Positions 23,186 through 35,129 are shown, numbered from the whole stretch's first letter. The stretch: 63,235 nucleotides of DNA, filler included, from Octopus bimaculoides (GCF_001194135.2; 5 parts of 5 records of this genome joined end to end with filler, not necessarily neighbours in it), one strand, 5' to 3'. Numbers and translations: made by a program. The notes: a model not told the origin generated them from the sequence alone.

Positions 23186-24991
23186 TTAGATGTTGAAATT
23201 AGAATGAACCAATAAGATATTCTCAAAATTTTCTGGCAGCAAATTGTTTCTTTGAGGACTTAAAATGGTTTCAAAAATAGAAAATAAATGTTTCATGCTA
23301 ATTTGTGTCATTGGAACAGCATGAACAATTATAGCCAATTTATATACATCTTCAAATTTTATCTTCATCATATTCCACCAAGAAATTAAACAACTGTCTG
23401 CTGGAATTCTTTCAATATTTACAAAGTCCTTCAAGGACAATGTGATAGATTTTCTTGGAGTACTTGAATTTTTTTTGTTTTGTGCAGCCAATCTAAGCAT
23501 GATTTCCAACTCATCTGATGTAGTAGGGACCATCTGCTCTGAAATGACATGAAATTCAGGTTTGGGATACATTGTGCATAGTGTGCCATTAAGTCTTATC
23601 AAATGACTAATAGCTTGTTCTTCTTCTGCTTCAGATAACATAACACTAAACCTAGGATCAAGATATAATGATGCTAATACTACTCCATTTTTAAGTAGTT
23701 CATTTTCTTTTACATTCATTGCAGCAGTGATATTGTGAGCTAGTAGACAATTAATTTTAGATATTTCACTTTTGCAAACAAACCACACCTTATAGAAATC
23801 TCCTGGAGTTAAATTTTCTTCTTGTAATTGCACTATAGCTTTTTTAGCAGGTTCCAGTACATGTACAATTTCTTGTAATTCCTCCCAGTATTTAAGAGAA
23901 AGTTTCACATCTACTCCAATTATTTCAACAAACTCTTCAATAAATGATCGGAGTACCATTAAGCGATAGATCATTTCATATGTTGAGCACCATTGTGTCA
24001 CAACATCAACAATAGGCATATGACATTTCCGAGTTTTTAAAATATTCATTATAGCCGGGTTCTGCAGTCTTTTAGAAAGTTTTCTAGCATGAGATATAGT
24101 GTTTGTATACAATTCCCTGTTTAAAGCATCTTTTACTACATGTAGCAAGGCATGAGCAGCACATTTGACAAGGAAACAATTCCCTATTTTTATATCTTCC
24201 ACACCACATACATTACTATCTTCACTAATAGTCTGAGCCCTGCCATCATTTCTAGCATTATCAATAATGATTGAATACACTTGATTTATACTCAAGTTGT
24301 ATTTTGATAGCACATTTGTAACTATTTCTTTGATATTTTCTCCTGAATAAGTTGAAGAAAAGTTTGTCACAGATAATGTTCTGATTTGAAGAGAGGTTCT
24401 AGTAATAAAATGGGCATTGATAGCTAGCAGAGATTTATCTAAGTGAGAGGCAATATCAATTTTAAGGGAAAACATTCTGTTTTGCAGCTCTCCACTTATT
24501 TGATGTACAATTTCTGCAGCTCTCTCATCAACTAAAGTTGAAATTTTCTTTCTATCCATTGTTGTATTAAGAGCTTTTTTAATTGGATCCAATATTTTAC
24601 ATAAACCACTATCTTCTATTGCAGGAAAAGGTATCCCATTCAAAGTTACCATCTCAATCACAGCTTTATTAAATGTTCTTATGTTCATTGGAATATTAAT
24701 TGTTGGACAAAATATATCCTGAACAGTACTCTTTGCGAACTTGCCATCAATGTGGTTTGGAGCTTTTTCATCAGGTAACCGAGATCGTTTATCCGTCGAT
24801 GCATGACGTCTTCTAATCAGGATTTCAAACTCAGTTTTGTGGTATCTCTCCAGATGTTTCATTAGATTAGTAGCGCAGGGATGTCTCAGAACCATAGGAC
24901 AACCCATAACATTACAAGATGCTGTTGCTTGTTTCTGAGTACCGACTATTGTAAAATATGTATATACTTCATTAGTTTTGGCGCGGCCCAT
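23186..24991 (-). CDS. Intact single-exon hAT-transposase-derived protein (BED zinc finger, RNase H-like core, hAT C-terminal dimerisation domain); ZBED-like, probably catalytically inactive
   Basis: 601-aa uninterrupted ORF. BED finger VYTYF...CNVMGC...NLMKHLERYH; SLKID (D179); IIIDNARN (D244); CAAH; TQWCSTY (canonical TRWNST); SWW...PMTQISMKHLFS (canonical ATQVSVERxFS, so Glu is replaced by K567). Confidence 0.9.
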   Translation of the reverse strand: MGRAKTNEVYTYFTIVGTQKQATASCNVMGCPMVLRHPCATNLMKHLERYHKTEFEILIRRRHASTDKRSRLPDEKAPNHIDGKFAKSTVQDIFCPTINIPMNIRTFNKAVIEMVTLNGIPFPAIEDSGLCKILDPIKKALNTTMDRKKISTLVDERAAEIVHQISGELQNRMFSLKIDIASHLDKSLLAINAHFITRTSLQIRTLSVTNFSSTYSGENIKEIVTNVLSKYNLSINQVYSIIIDNARNDGRAQTISEDSNVCGVEDIKIGNCFLVKCAAHALLHVVKDALNRELYTNTISHARKLSKRLQNPAIMNILKTRKCHMPIVDVVTQWCSTYEMIYRLMVLRSFIEEFVEIIGVDVKLSLKYWEELQEIVHVLEPAKKAIVQLQEENLTPGDFYKVWFVCKSEISKINCLLAHNITAAMNVKENELLKNGVVLASLYLDPRFSVMLSEAEEEQAISHLIRLNGTLCTMYPKPEFHVISEQMVPTTSDELEIMLRLAAQNKKNSSTPRKSITLSLKDFVNIERIPADSCLISWWNMMKIKFEDVYKLAIIVHAVPMTQISMKHLFSIFETILSPQRNNLLPENFENILLVHSNFNI

Positions 24992-25065
24992 TTTTAAAAA
25001 GTTTTAAAAAATGTTATAAATGTTTAGCAGACAATATATGCAATGGAAATCTTCATTTCAATAGC

Positions 25066-25161
25066 CTATGTAAGAAATTAGAAATACAAACTAAGGGGCA
25101 CGAAAATAATTATAGGGAAAATTTACTTCGAAGTAAACAGATTGTAAATACCGTTACTTAC
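25066..25161 (-). other. Candidate 96-nt intron in the 5' UTR of the ZBED-like gene
   Basis: Minus strand has donor CA|GTAAGT at 25161 and acceptor TTTCTAATTTCTTACATAG|G at 25066, about 75 nt upstream of the ATG. Confidence 0.45.
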
Positions 25162-25299
25162 TGATTTCTTCAATTAGGGAATATAGTTTATTAGCCTCGT
25201 AATTACATGAAGACAAAGAATACTGCTACATTCCACGTTTTTAAAACAGCTTAGTGAATTGGAATTTAAAATAATATTTAGAATATTCATAACCCGAAG

Positions 25300-25474
25300 C
25301 CGAGAAGGAAAAAAATAGAAACTGAAATTCTAACTGGAATCGAAATTCAATCGAAGTCTTTTATTAATGCTTTATATCAATTCAAATAAAATCTCAGTTT
25401 GTTAGAGTTTCGATTCGGTTTCTAATTTTAATTTCAGCTTTTTAAAAATCGTTTCGCTTCGATTTCTACCTCTG
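25300..25474 (-). mobile_element. Remnant hAT-like left end / subterminal region upstream of the ZBED-like ORF
   Basis: Minus strand begins CAGAGGTAGAAATCGAAGCGAAACGATT, followed by repeated AATCGA/AACCGA-type motifs in both orientations. No matching end seen downstream of the ORF. Confidence 0.35.
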
Positions 25475-25859
25475 TATCTCTTATTCAATTGAATGGAAAC
25501 ACCGGTTGTTTATAATTTCAAAATGAATAACAAAACCTGGAAAGGGAAAACCTTTGAACTGAATTTCCTTATCTTAAAATATCTACTATAATTTATAAAT
25601 TATATAGGGTTACGGTATATAATTATAAACCATAAACTAATGTACTAGTTCCACGAGTTTATACGACTGGTTAGAAGAAGCAGCCAAATCATACCTCAAC
25701 ATCTAAAATACGAGAAAATAGTGTATGTATAAAAAAAATTGCGAAAGGAAAATTTTTTGTAAAAGAAAAGGTGTGTTTCTCAATTTGTATTTCTGTTTGA
25801 GAATATGTACAATCTTCATTAGAATCATTATCAACATTCTAACGAAGGAAATACGTTGC

Positions 25860-25910
25860 TGCTCGACCAGCTGGCAATCGCTTCCGGTAAGACTTCCGCC
25901 CCCTCCCCAC
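25860..25910. promoter_or_regulatory. Possible promoter element with ETS-type motifs
   Basis: GC-rich patch CGCTTCCGGTAAGACTTCCGCCCCC (CCGGAAG and GGCGGAAGT on minus) in an AT-rich background, upstream of the ZBED-like ORF. Confidence 0.25.
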
Positions 25911-26124
25911 ACCCCTTTTTCTTTTTTTTCTTTCATTTTTTTCTACCCCACCCCATTTTCCGCTACAGAGAATATGTTTCGGACGCCAAGAATAAAAGAT
26001 GTTTTATGTGATACATTCTACCAGTATACGAAGTTTGAAAGTGTTTAGTTACAAAAAATTAATTTCTCGATCTGCCGGTCAAAAGGAAAAGATCCGTAAA
26101 ATTTAACAAAATCTATTTGCAGTG

Positions 26125-27452
26125 ACAATGGCAGCTGCGGAAGCCTACAACGTCATGCGACGAACGACGAAGAGAGAGGAGAGAAAAACTGCCGTGGGAG
26201 GCAGCGACCGTTTATAGGCCGGTTGTTTCAAGTGCCAGAGATCGCACATGGCAAGGGACTGCGCGGAGACAAAACCCAAACCCATTTGCTATTGGTGCAG
26301 GTAGGTAGTGCATATCACTCGAAACTGCAATCAGGGAAAAGGCCACGGAGAAATTGCTGTCCTTCACACCCCTCCCCCCGCGAACAAGTCGAGGCTCTCG
26401 TGCAGTCGCTGCCCATAATTGAAGTCCTGGTTAGAGGAAAAGCGTTCAAAGCCCTCGTGGATACGGGCTGTACAACGTCTCTCGTGACCCCAAGGATGAC
26501 AAAAATGTGGANNNNNNNNNNNNNNNNNNNNNNNNNNNNNNNNNNNNNNNNNNNNNNNNNNTGGAGCACAACACTGAGGATGCGGGTAATTGTGATCGAC
26601 CTTGTGGTAGACGGAATTGATGTGGTGATCAGCATGGACGCGATCAACCGCCTATGAGGTGTCAGTGTCAGTGGAGACATGGCTTCATTTGGTGGTGCAG
26701 GGCAATCATGCGCTGTGAGTCTACAACAAGAAAGGGGGAAGAGCGCCTCCACCGCCCGGGGTAGGCTTTGTACTGCCCCCACCATTGAAGATAAAGATTT
26801 TCAGGCCGTGTTCGACGGTCAACGGTGGAGGTGGAGTGACGCTGGAAAGGGGTGGGGCCCAAAGCTGAAGAACAAGCTAAGCTGTTCTCAACATACCCTG
26901 AAAAGAGATGTCAGGAGTGAGTTTGAAGGAGAGGTAGAGAGATGGATCGAGGAGAGTATTCTAATCCTATGGACGGAGGAAGTGAAGAACGGAGTGCTGC
27001 TACTAAGAGCAGTCGCGCAGCCAACGGAGTGCAAGGTCAGGCCGGTACTGAACTTTCGAGAGCTGAATGAGCATGTATCGTGCAACACAGGCGGCAAGGT
27101 GACTGGTGTCTGCAGAGAGACGTTGCGAGAATGTAGACGGATGACGAGGGCAGCATCAATTGTCGACTTGAAGTCGGCATTTCTGCAGATCGACGTGAAC
27201 AAGAAATTGTGGAAGTATCGGCTGGTGAGATACAAAGGCCAGACATACTGTTCGTCTAGGCTGGGTTTCAGGCTGAATTCTGTACCAAAGATCATGGCAA
27301 CAGTGCTCAAATCTATCCTGGGAAATTTGGACAAGGTAAAAAAAAGCCACCAATTCCTGGACTACATCCTCGTAGACTAGATTGTAGTGTCTGTCGCAGA
27401 GGTTATAGGTCACTTAAAAAAGTTCGGGCTGATTGCGAAATTACCGGAGCCA
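26125..27452 (+). mobile_element. Ty3/Gypsy-type LTR retrotransposon remnant (gag zinc knuckles, protease, RT)
   Basis: CFKCQRSHMARDC and CYWCR*VVHITRNC knuckles; ALVDTGCTTS protease; RPVLNFRELN...VDLKSAFLQI...LGFRLNSVP; YxDD motif corrupted to FLDY. Confidence 0.88.
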
Positions 27453-30400
27453 CAGCATCTAGGGAAAGTGTCTTCTACTATAGCTCTAAGCCAACCAAAG
27501 CATTGGGAGTAAATATGATACAGAAACTAAAAAGGAACCCTTTGTGTGTGTGCGCGCGCGCATACACACACACACACACATATATATATATAAGCAATGT
27601 TAATTCTCTAAATGAAGTATTAACAGTAACTGCACGATAAAGTGAAGTGTATTGCCACTTAAGTGTGGCTGACCCCTAGGGGTGGGTGTTACTGTTGCTT
27701 TAGCCCCAGGAGGACATCTCCTCCAGCTGGCTTATCGACACACTACTGTGTCCTGTTTGTTTTGCCAAGGGAAGTTACCCCTCTCATCTTGATCGTATAT
27801 ATATATATATATATATATTTCCATCTACCTTTAATTTTTACTAGTTCCAGTCTTTCGACTGCGGCTATGCTGGGATACTACCTTGAAGGGTTTTAGTAGA
27901 ACAAAGTGACCCCTTCTTTCTTTTCTTTCTTAAAGTCTGGAACTTTTTCTACTGTACTCTTATTGCTAAACCGCTAGGTACGGGTACATAAACAAACCAA
28001 TATTGATTGTCAAGTAATTTGGGGACAGACAGAATCATACGCGCGCGCGAACTTTAGGTTAGTTAAAATATGTTTGTGACTTCCAAAGACAAATTCACTG
28101 CAGTTACCACGTAGAAAAAAATTCTCTCTTATGGTAAATGATGTAAAAACATCTTATCTGCCCAGCGTTGCCCTTACAGGATTCCCGAACGCAACGTTTC
28201 TAGCTATTCAACCATTATCAAATGGGAAATACAATAAAAAAAAGTACGTCTGGGTGGATTTAAAGCCTAAGCTTTAACTAAACATTGACTGAGTTGGGCT
28301 GTTGGACCGCGAGGCCGGAAGAAATTCAGCAGTACCAGCGCCAGGCAATGTTTAGGCATAATGAACTTGAGGTTAGTTGAAATATGTTTGTGGCATCTTT
28401 CAACTTCCAAAGGCAAATTCACTGCAGTTACCACGAAGAAAAATTCTCTCTTAAGTGTTTTTGGTAGAGATGGACTATATGTAATCTGAACCTTTCCCCC
28501 CCTTATTTACGGTCAGGGTTTGAGTTAGGGTTAGGTTTACCCCGTGGATCTATATAAAAACCNNNNNNNNNNNNNNNNNNNNNNNNNNNNNNNNNNNNNN
28601 NNNNNNNNNNNNNNNNNNNNNNNNNNNGGGGGGGGGGGGATCGAAATTTTGAAATTGAGATTTAAAAAATCTTTTTTTCAGAATCGGATTCGCCATAGTC
28701 TGAAACATAGGATTCCGTAAAAAAAAAAAAAATTTAAAAGGAGGGGGGGGGTATACCCAGATTACATATACTCCATCTCCACCGTGTTTTTTACACCCGT
28801 CCAACATCAACTTTTTTTAACGCATTCATTTGTGCTTCTGTGGATACCTGCTGCTCGGTAACCAGCAGACACGAGGGAGGCCTCAGCATGCTAGAAATAA
28901 CAGCCATATTTTCCAAATCACATTTCAAACTTCTCATAAAACGAAAGAAAACCTTGAACAATATTAGTCCAAGATGTCAAAATACAAATCCTTCAGTTGT
29001 TGAAAAGTTAGGAATCAAAAGAAAATTTTAAAAGTTTGGGTTACGTATTCGATACGTTCAACAAAATATTTTATGAATAAAGGGTATCTATTTATCTATC
29101 TCCTTTATATAACTAAATAAATAAGTAAATTATCAATCTCTCTACCTATCGTTATTCTTATGTCTATCTACTTGATTGTCAATCCAAGTTAATAATTAAT
29201 TAAACTATCTATTTACAGATATCAAACTAGTATAAATAAAACTATAGGCGGAGTTCTAATTTAAACACCCAATATAACCCATCATCTTTTTGTATTTTTT
29301 GGAACTTTCAAAAAATTCTTGCGGATTTGAGTTCTACACACAGCGATTCAAACGATTATGGAAAGAGTGATTTTTTGTGTGTAATTTAAAGGCGATTTAA
29401 CTGATATTTTACCATATTTCACGACTACTTGATACTTTCCTCGTTTCATTGTCACTCGGACATGTATTGATGTTTTACAATATTTTTCTCCACATAAACA
29501 CATTTAATGGAATGATGATGCACCCATGGATAGTCCATCGCTAGGATTTAAGCAAAAAAATTCAGACTGTATTTTAAACTCTGATTTTAAAAAAATTCGA
29601 AAAAGAATGGAAGTTTTAGGATTTGGTGGGGGAAGGGTTTTAAAAATTAAAAAGAAAAATTCTCTTCTTAATTGTATGAATTCCCGCAAAAAGTATGAAA
29701 GGCAAAGTCGACCTTCGTGGAATTTGAACTCAGAACATTTCGCCTGGCATGTTAACGTTTCTGCCAGTTCGTATCCTTATTGTCCGAGAAAATATTGTTT
29801 CTACTTTGTCCTGAAACCAGCACACAGACGCATCTTATACCTTTTCTACTTGTTTCAGTCAGACCGTGGCCATGCTGGGGCACTGCCTCAAAGAATTTTA
29901 GTTGAGCAAACCACTCCCTGTACTTATTATTAAACTTTTCTGAAAATCCCCAAAGGTAAAAAAAAAAAAAGGTATATGGGATGCTTAAATCAGAATTCCC
30001 CCAAGGAATCTACTCAAACATAAACTTATGCAGCCATCATTGGCGACCCATGGATCTTTCAATCCATCTTAGTAAATGCTGATTTCAAATTTTTGGCTCC
30101 ATCGAATCCAGGACTCAACTGGTACATATTTCATTGACCTTGAAAGGATGACTTCGGCGGAATTTGAACTCAGAACATTTCGCCTGGCATGTTAACGTTT
30201 CTGCCAGTTCGTATCCTTATTGTCCGAGAAAATATTGTTTCTACTTTGTCCTGAAACCAGCACACAGACGCATCTTATACCTTTTCTACTTGTTTCAGTC
30301 AGACCGTGGCCATGCTGGGGCACTGCCTCAAAGAATTTTAGTTGAGCAAACCACTCCCTGTACTTNNNNNNNNNNNNNNNNNNNNNNNNNNNNNNNNNNN

Positions 30401-30754
30401 NNNNNNNNNNNNNNNNNNNNNNNNNNNNNNNNNNNNNNNNNNNNNNNNNNNNNNNNNNNNNNNNNNNNNNNNNNNNNNNNNNNNNNNNNNNNNNNNNNNN
30501 NNNNNNNNNNNNNNNNNNNNNNNNNNNNNNNNNNNNNNNNNNNNNNNNNNNNNNNNNNNNNNNNNNNNNNNNNNNNNNNNNNNNNNNNNNNNNNNNNNNN
30601 NNNNNNNNNNNNNNNNNTTAATAATAATAATTATTATTTGTAATTCTTTCTAATTTTGGCACAAGACCAGCAATTTTAAGGAAAGGGGTTAGTCGATTAC
30701 CCAAGCGGTACTTATTTGACCGACCCCGAAAGGATGATAAACAAAGTCGATCTC

Positions 30755-30991
30755 GGTACTACTAAAGCAGCGCGGACCCGAACGCGCAGTCGCGCGTCCG
30801 TGCTACCTCGTCTTGAGTGCTCGATCCTAACCCTAACCCTATCCCTAACCCTAACCCTGTCCCTAACCCTATCCCTAACCCGCGTGTGCAAATGAATACG
30901 TGTTTAGGGTTAGGGTTAGGATCGACCACTCACGACTAGCTAGCGCGAACGCGCGACTGCGCGTTCGGATCCGCGCTGCTTTAGTAGTACC
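30755..30991. mobile_element. Mutator-like MITE with about 85-bp TIRs containing (CCCTAA)n/(TTAGGG)n
   Basis: TIRs begin GGTACTACTAAAGCAGCGCGGA; 9-bp TSD GTCGATCTC at 30746-30754 and 30992-31000, inside a SINE fragment. Confidence 0.85.
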
Positions 30992-31284
30992 GTCGATCTC
31001 GGCGTAATCTGAAATCCCAGCATAATAATAATAATAATAACGAACGCCCTAATGATGATGAAAGAAGGAAATAACTGGGTCTTGAAACAGCTAAACAAAG
31101 CTCGTGTATCTTGTTTGGTATCTCAGTGCTTCTAGTTCAAATCTAGCTAGCCTTACTTTTACATTTATTTCCGTGAAACTCCGTAAAAATACCTACATTA
31201 TCCCAAAGTAAGGTGATCCTTGATTATGGCTGTCTACTTTTACTCTTTCGAACTGCGAATATCTGCGCAATGCTTTTATGTTTC

Positions 31285-31570
31285 TTCATCATCATCGTTT
31301 AACGTCCGCTTTCCATGCTAGCATGGGTTAGGCGATTTGACTGAGGACTGGTGCAACCGGATGGCTACAACCTGATTTGGCAGAGTTTCTACAGCTGGAT
31401 GCCCTTCCTAACGCCAACCACTCCGAGAGTGTAGTAGGTGCTTTTACGTGTCACCGGCACGAAGGCCAGTCAGGCGGTACTGGCAACGGCCACGCTCAAA
31501 ATGGTGTATTTTATGTGCCACCCGCACAAGAGCCAGTCCAGGGGCACTGGCAACGATCTCGCTTTTATTC
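31285..31570 (-). mobile_element. RTE-tail-type interspersed repeat
   Basis: CATCATCGTTTAACGTCCGCTTTCCATGCTAGCATGGG...GGATGCCCTTCCTAACGCCAACC; related pieces at 45655, 49015 and 56247. Confidence 0.7.
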
Positions 31571-32356
31571 GAAGAAAAATAAANNNNNNNNNNNNNNNNN
31601 NNNNNNNNNNNNNNNNNNNNNNNNNNNNNNNNNNNNNNNNNNNNNNNNNNNNNNNNNNNNNNNNNNNNNNNNNNNNNNNNNNNNNNNNNNNNNNNNNNNN
31701 NNNNNNNNNNNNNNNNNNNNNNNNNNNNNNNNNNNNNNNNNNNNNNNNNNNNNNNNNNNNNNNNNNNNNNNNNNNNNNNNNNNNNNNNNNNNNNNNNNNN
31801 NNNNNNNNNACTCGGAAAATTCTCATGCTTTGAGTACTGTCACCACTTTCCCATTGGTCGGCGAAATTTTTTTCTTCATATTCGTTTACTACACGTTATT
31901 TTACACCTAGTACACTATTTTTTCAATTTTTGTGGCAGTGGGTGGGGTTCGGACTCCAATAATTCACATGTTTTTTTTGTTTTGTTTTTTTTGCTCCGGT
32001 CAAACACAGGAGTTTGACTGTAAATCGCTATATTCAAGGATCACCTTAATATTCTAATGTACTTTTCCCTGATTTCCTGTCTTTTCAAATCAGTAACTCA
32101 GTAGATGTCCAGTTCAGTTTCAAGTCTCGCAGATATTGACTTTGGTGCACCGATTATGTATATATACATATATACATTTGTGTTGGATAAAAGAAAATTG
32201 TATCTCATTCTTGTTCATGTGAACTCGGATTACGTTTACAGTTACTTATTTGTGGGGGGTGGGAATCTTGTTTCTTTGTACAATGAAATAGAACTACATC
32301 AGCAAAATCTTATACTAGTTACTTCATAGTGCAATCTACGTATTTTTATTCCGCTA

Positions 32357-32529
32357 TAGGCATAGGAGTGGCTGTGTGGTAAGTAACTTGCTTACCAACC
32401 ACATGGTTCCAGGTCCAGTCCCACTGCGTGGCACCTTTGGCAAGTGTCTTCTACTATAGCCTCAGGCCGACCAAAGCCTTGTGAGTTGATTTGGTAGACG
32501 GAAACTGAAAGAAGCCCGTCGTGTATATG

Positions 32530-32570
<41 letters not shown>

Positions 32571-32760
32571 CTGTTTGTCCCCCAACATTGCTTGACAACC
32601 GATGCTGGTGTGTTTACATAACCTGTAACTTAGCGGTTTGGCAAAAGAGCCAATAGAATAAGTACTAGGCTTACAAATAATAAGTCCTGGGGTTGATTTC
32701 TTCGACTAAATGCGGTGCTCCAGCATGGCCACAGTCAAATGACTGAAACGAGTAAAAGAG
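32357..32760 (+). mobile_element. SINE family A, full length
   Basis: Nearly collinear with 16287-16688. Confidence 0.9.
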
Positions 32761-33230
32761 TATTTCTGCAATATATAGTTAAGTACCATTTATATTAACC
32801 ATTTTCACTTCATATATACTTTTATTTTCACGATCATATTGTAGTATTAATCAGACACCTGGTTTTACGCAAAGAATTTGGTGAGGCATACCTGCTTAGA
32901 TGATTTGTTAAAGCATATTTGTATCAGGGAGTAGTCAGTGTAGAATTGGCATAACTTCAAGTTAAATGTGTTGAAGTAATAGAGGATTCAAGGATCAGAG
33001 AGTATATAGTTGGATAGTTGAACTATGTTGTCTTGATTAGGCAATGATCAGTCTATTTGGCGGGACCAAAGCCAGTGGTGGTTAGGTGAAGGCTAGGTCT
33101 GAAGGAAAAAAAGGAGATTTGTTCACTGGAAAGTTATTTTATTGTCTCCTAGTGTAGACAGTTCAGAATAGTTCAAGGTAGTAGTGCTTAAATGTTTCTA
33201 TCTCATCTTCCTGGTTGTTATAGATTTAAT

Positions 33231-33261
<31 letters not shown>

Positions 33262-33327
33262 TGTGTGTATATATATATGAATTCTCTGAGCAACTTTATG
33301 TATAAGTTAGGTATGATTCATTGTGTT

Positions 33328-33650
33328 TCTTATCTATATATATAAAAATGAGAATGTGTGTCTGTCTGTCTGTCTGTGTGAATCCCTAAAACTCGAGAAC
33401 TATGCAACCAATTTCATTCAAATTTTACACATGCCTTACTTAGGGTTCCAGTTGTGTTTTAGTCAAAAAAAAATTATTAACTTCTTGCAGAGTTCGAGCA
33501 CACGGCAACATAATATCTCCTCCACTATTTAAGTATTACGTGTCAAAAGTGAAACAAAAACACTCATGTCAAATACTTTCACTTTAAAAATGAAACTATT
33601 CCACTAACTGAAACAATCACATTTCGATACTGTAGTGACAGATACTTTCA
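33328..33650 (+). mobile_element. Helitron-like 5' terminal fragment
   Basis: TCTTATCTATATATATAAAAATGAGAATGTGTGTCTGTCTGTC start, followed by CCAATTTCATTCAAATTTTACAC. Confidence 0.55.
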
Positions 33651-33808
33651 CAGAGAGAGAAAGAGAGAGACAGAAAGAGAGAGAGAGAGAGATGTATATG
33701 TATACATANNNNNNNNNNNNNNNNNNNNNNNNNNNNNNNNNNNNNNNNNNNNTTAATTAATTAANNNNNNNNNNNNNNNNNNNNNNNNNNNNNNNNNNNN
33801 NNNNNNNN

Positions 33809-33839
<31 letters not shown>

Positions 33840-33841
<2 letters not shown>

Positions 33842-34070
33842 TAGAGGTGCAGTGGCTAGGGCGGCGGACTCGCGGTTGTAGGATCGCGGTTTCGATTCCC
33901 AGACCGGGTGCTGTGAGTCTTTATTGAGGCTCCGGCAAGTGGGGGGTGGCAAATCCTGTTGTATTCTTTCACCACAACTTTCTCTCACTCTTTCTTCCTG
34001 TTTCTGTTGTACCTGTATTTCAATGGGCCAGCCTTGTGACACTCTGTGTAACCGACGGAGTACCACGTTG
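33840..34070 (+). mobile_element. SINE family B, internally deleted
   Basis: Similar to 47239-47625. Confidence 0.75.
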
Positions 34071-34439
34071 ATATACAATAATAATATCATATCCACAATG
34101 TTAAATCACGACCTCTTTGATATCTGAAGTAACCAAAATGAAGATATCTAAATGTAAATATTCTGGCTACAGGCTTAAATGTCAAGCCATTGATATTGAT
34201 CATTGTTTGAACCAACAAGTTTTGGTAACTAAAGAAATGATTCAGGCACAAATAATCACATATATAAACCTCACGTTAAAATAATTTATACCGTCTGAAT
34301 AGTGACGATGCTATATGAGTTGTTGCATTACAGCTTGTATCATTTTACCATGACTACTGCTACTACTACTACAGCTGCTGATGCTGCTGTTGGTACAACC
34401 ACCACTACTACTACCGCCACAACTATTACTACTACGGTG

Positions 34440-35105
34440 AAAGCGCATATCTCAGTGATTAGAGCTTACGATCGTGAGGTTGTGAGTTCGATTCCCGGAC
34501 CGGGCTGCGTGTTGTGTTCTTGAGCAAGACACTTTATTTCGCGTTGCTCCAGTTCACTCAGTTGTAGAAATGAGTTGTGATGTCACAGGTGCCAAGCTGT
34601 ATCGGCCCCTTTGCCTTTCCCTTGGATAACATCAGTGTCGTGGAGAGGGGAGGCCGGTATGCATGGGCGACTGCTGGTCTTCCATAAAAACAACCCTAGG
34701 TTTTGCGTTCGCCGGTGAGGCAACTTTCCGCCCAAACTTGTACACCAGAGGGGAACATCTNNNNNNNNNNNNNNNNNNNNNNNNNNNNNNNNNNNNNNNN
34801 NNNNNNNNNNNNNNNNNNNNNNNNNNNNNNNNNNNNNNNNNNNNNNNNNNNNNNNNNNNNNNNNNNNNNNNNNNNNNNNNNNNNNNAGAGCTTACGATCG
34901 TGAGGTTGTGAGTTCGATTCCCGGACCGGGCTGCGTGTTGTGTTCTTGAGCAAGACACTTTATTTCGCGTTGCTCCAGTTCACTCAGCTGGCAAAAATGA
35001 GTAACGCTGCCATGGACTGGTGTCCCGTCCAGCTGGGGAACACATACGCCATAGAAACCGGGAAACCGGGTCCATGAGCCTGGTTAGGCTTTAAAAGGGC
35101 GCATT
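34440..35105 (+). mobile_element. SINE family C copies spanning a gap
   Basis: Heads at about 34440 and 34888; tail matches 1620-1770. Confidence 0.75.
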
Positions 35106-35129
35106 TATTTATTTTTTACTACTACTGCT

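Noticed and set aside
29714-30365. Near-identical 210-bp duplication (29714-29925 and 30153-30365)
   Set aside because: Ends exactly at a gap, so misassembly cannot be excluded. Similar gap-flanking duplications occur at 34467/34888, 37657/37705 and 52566/53113.
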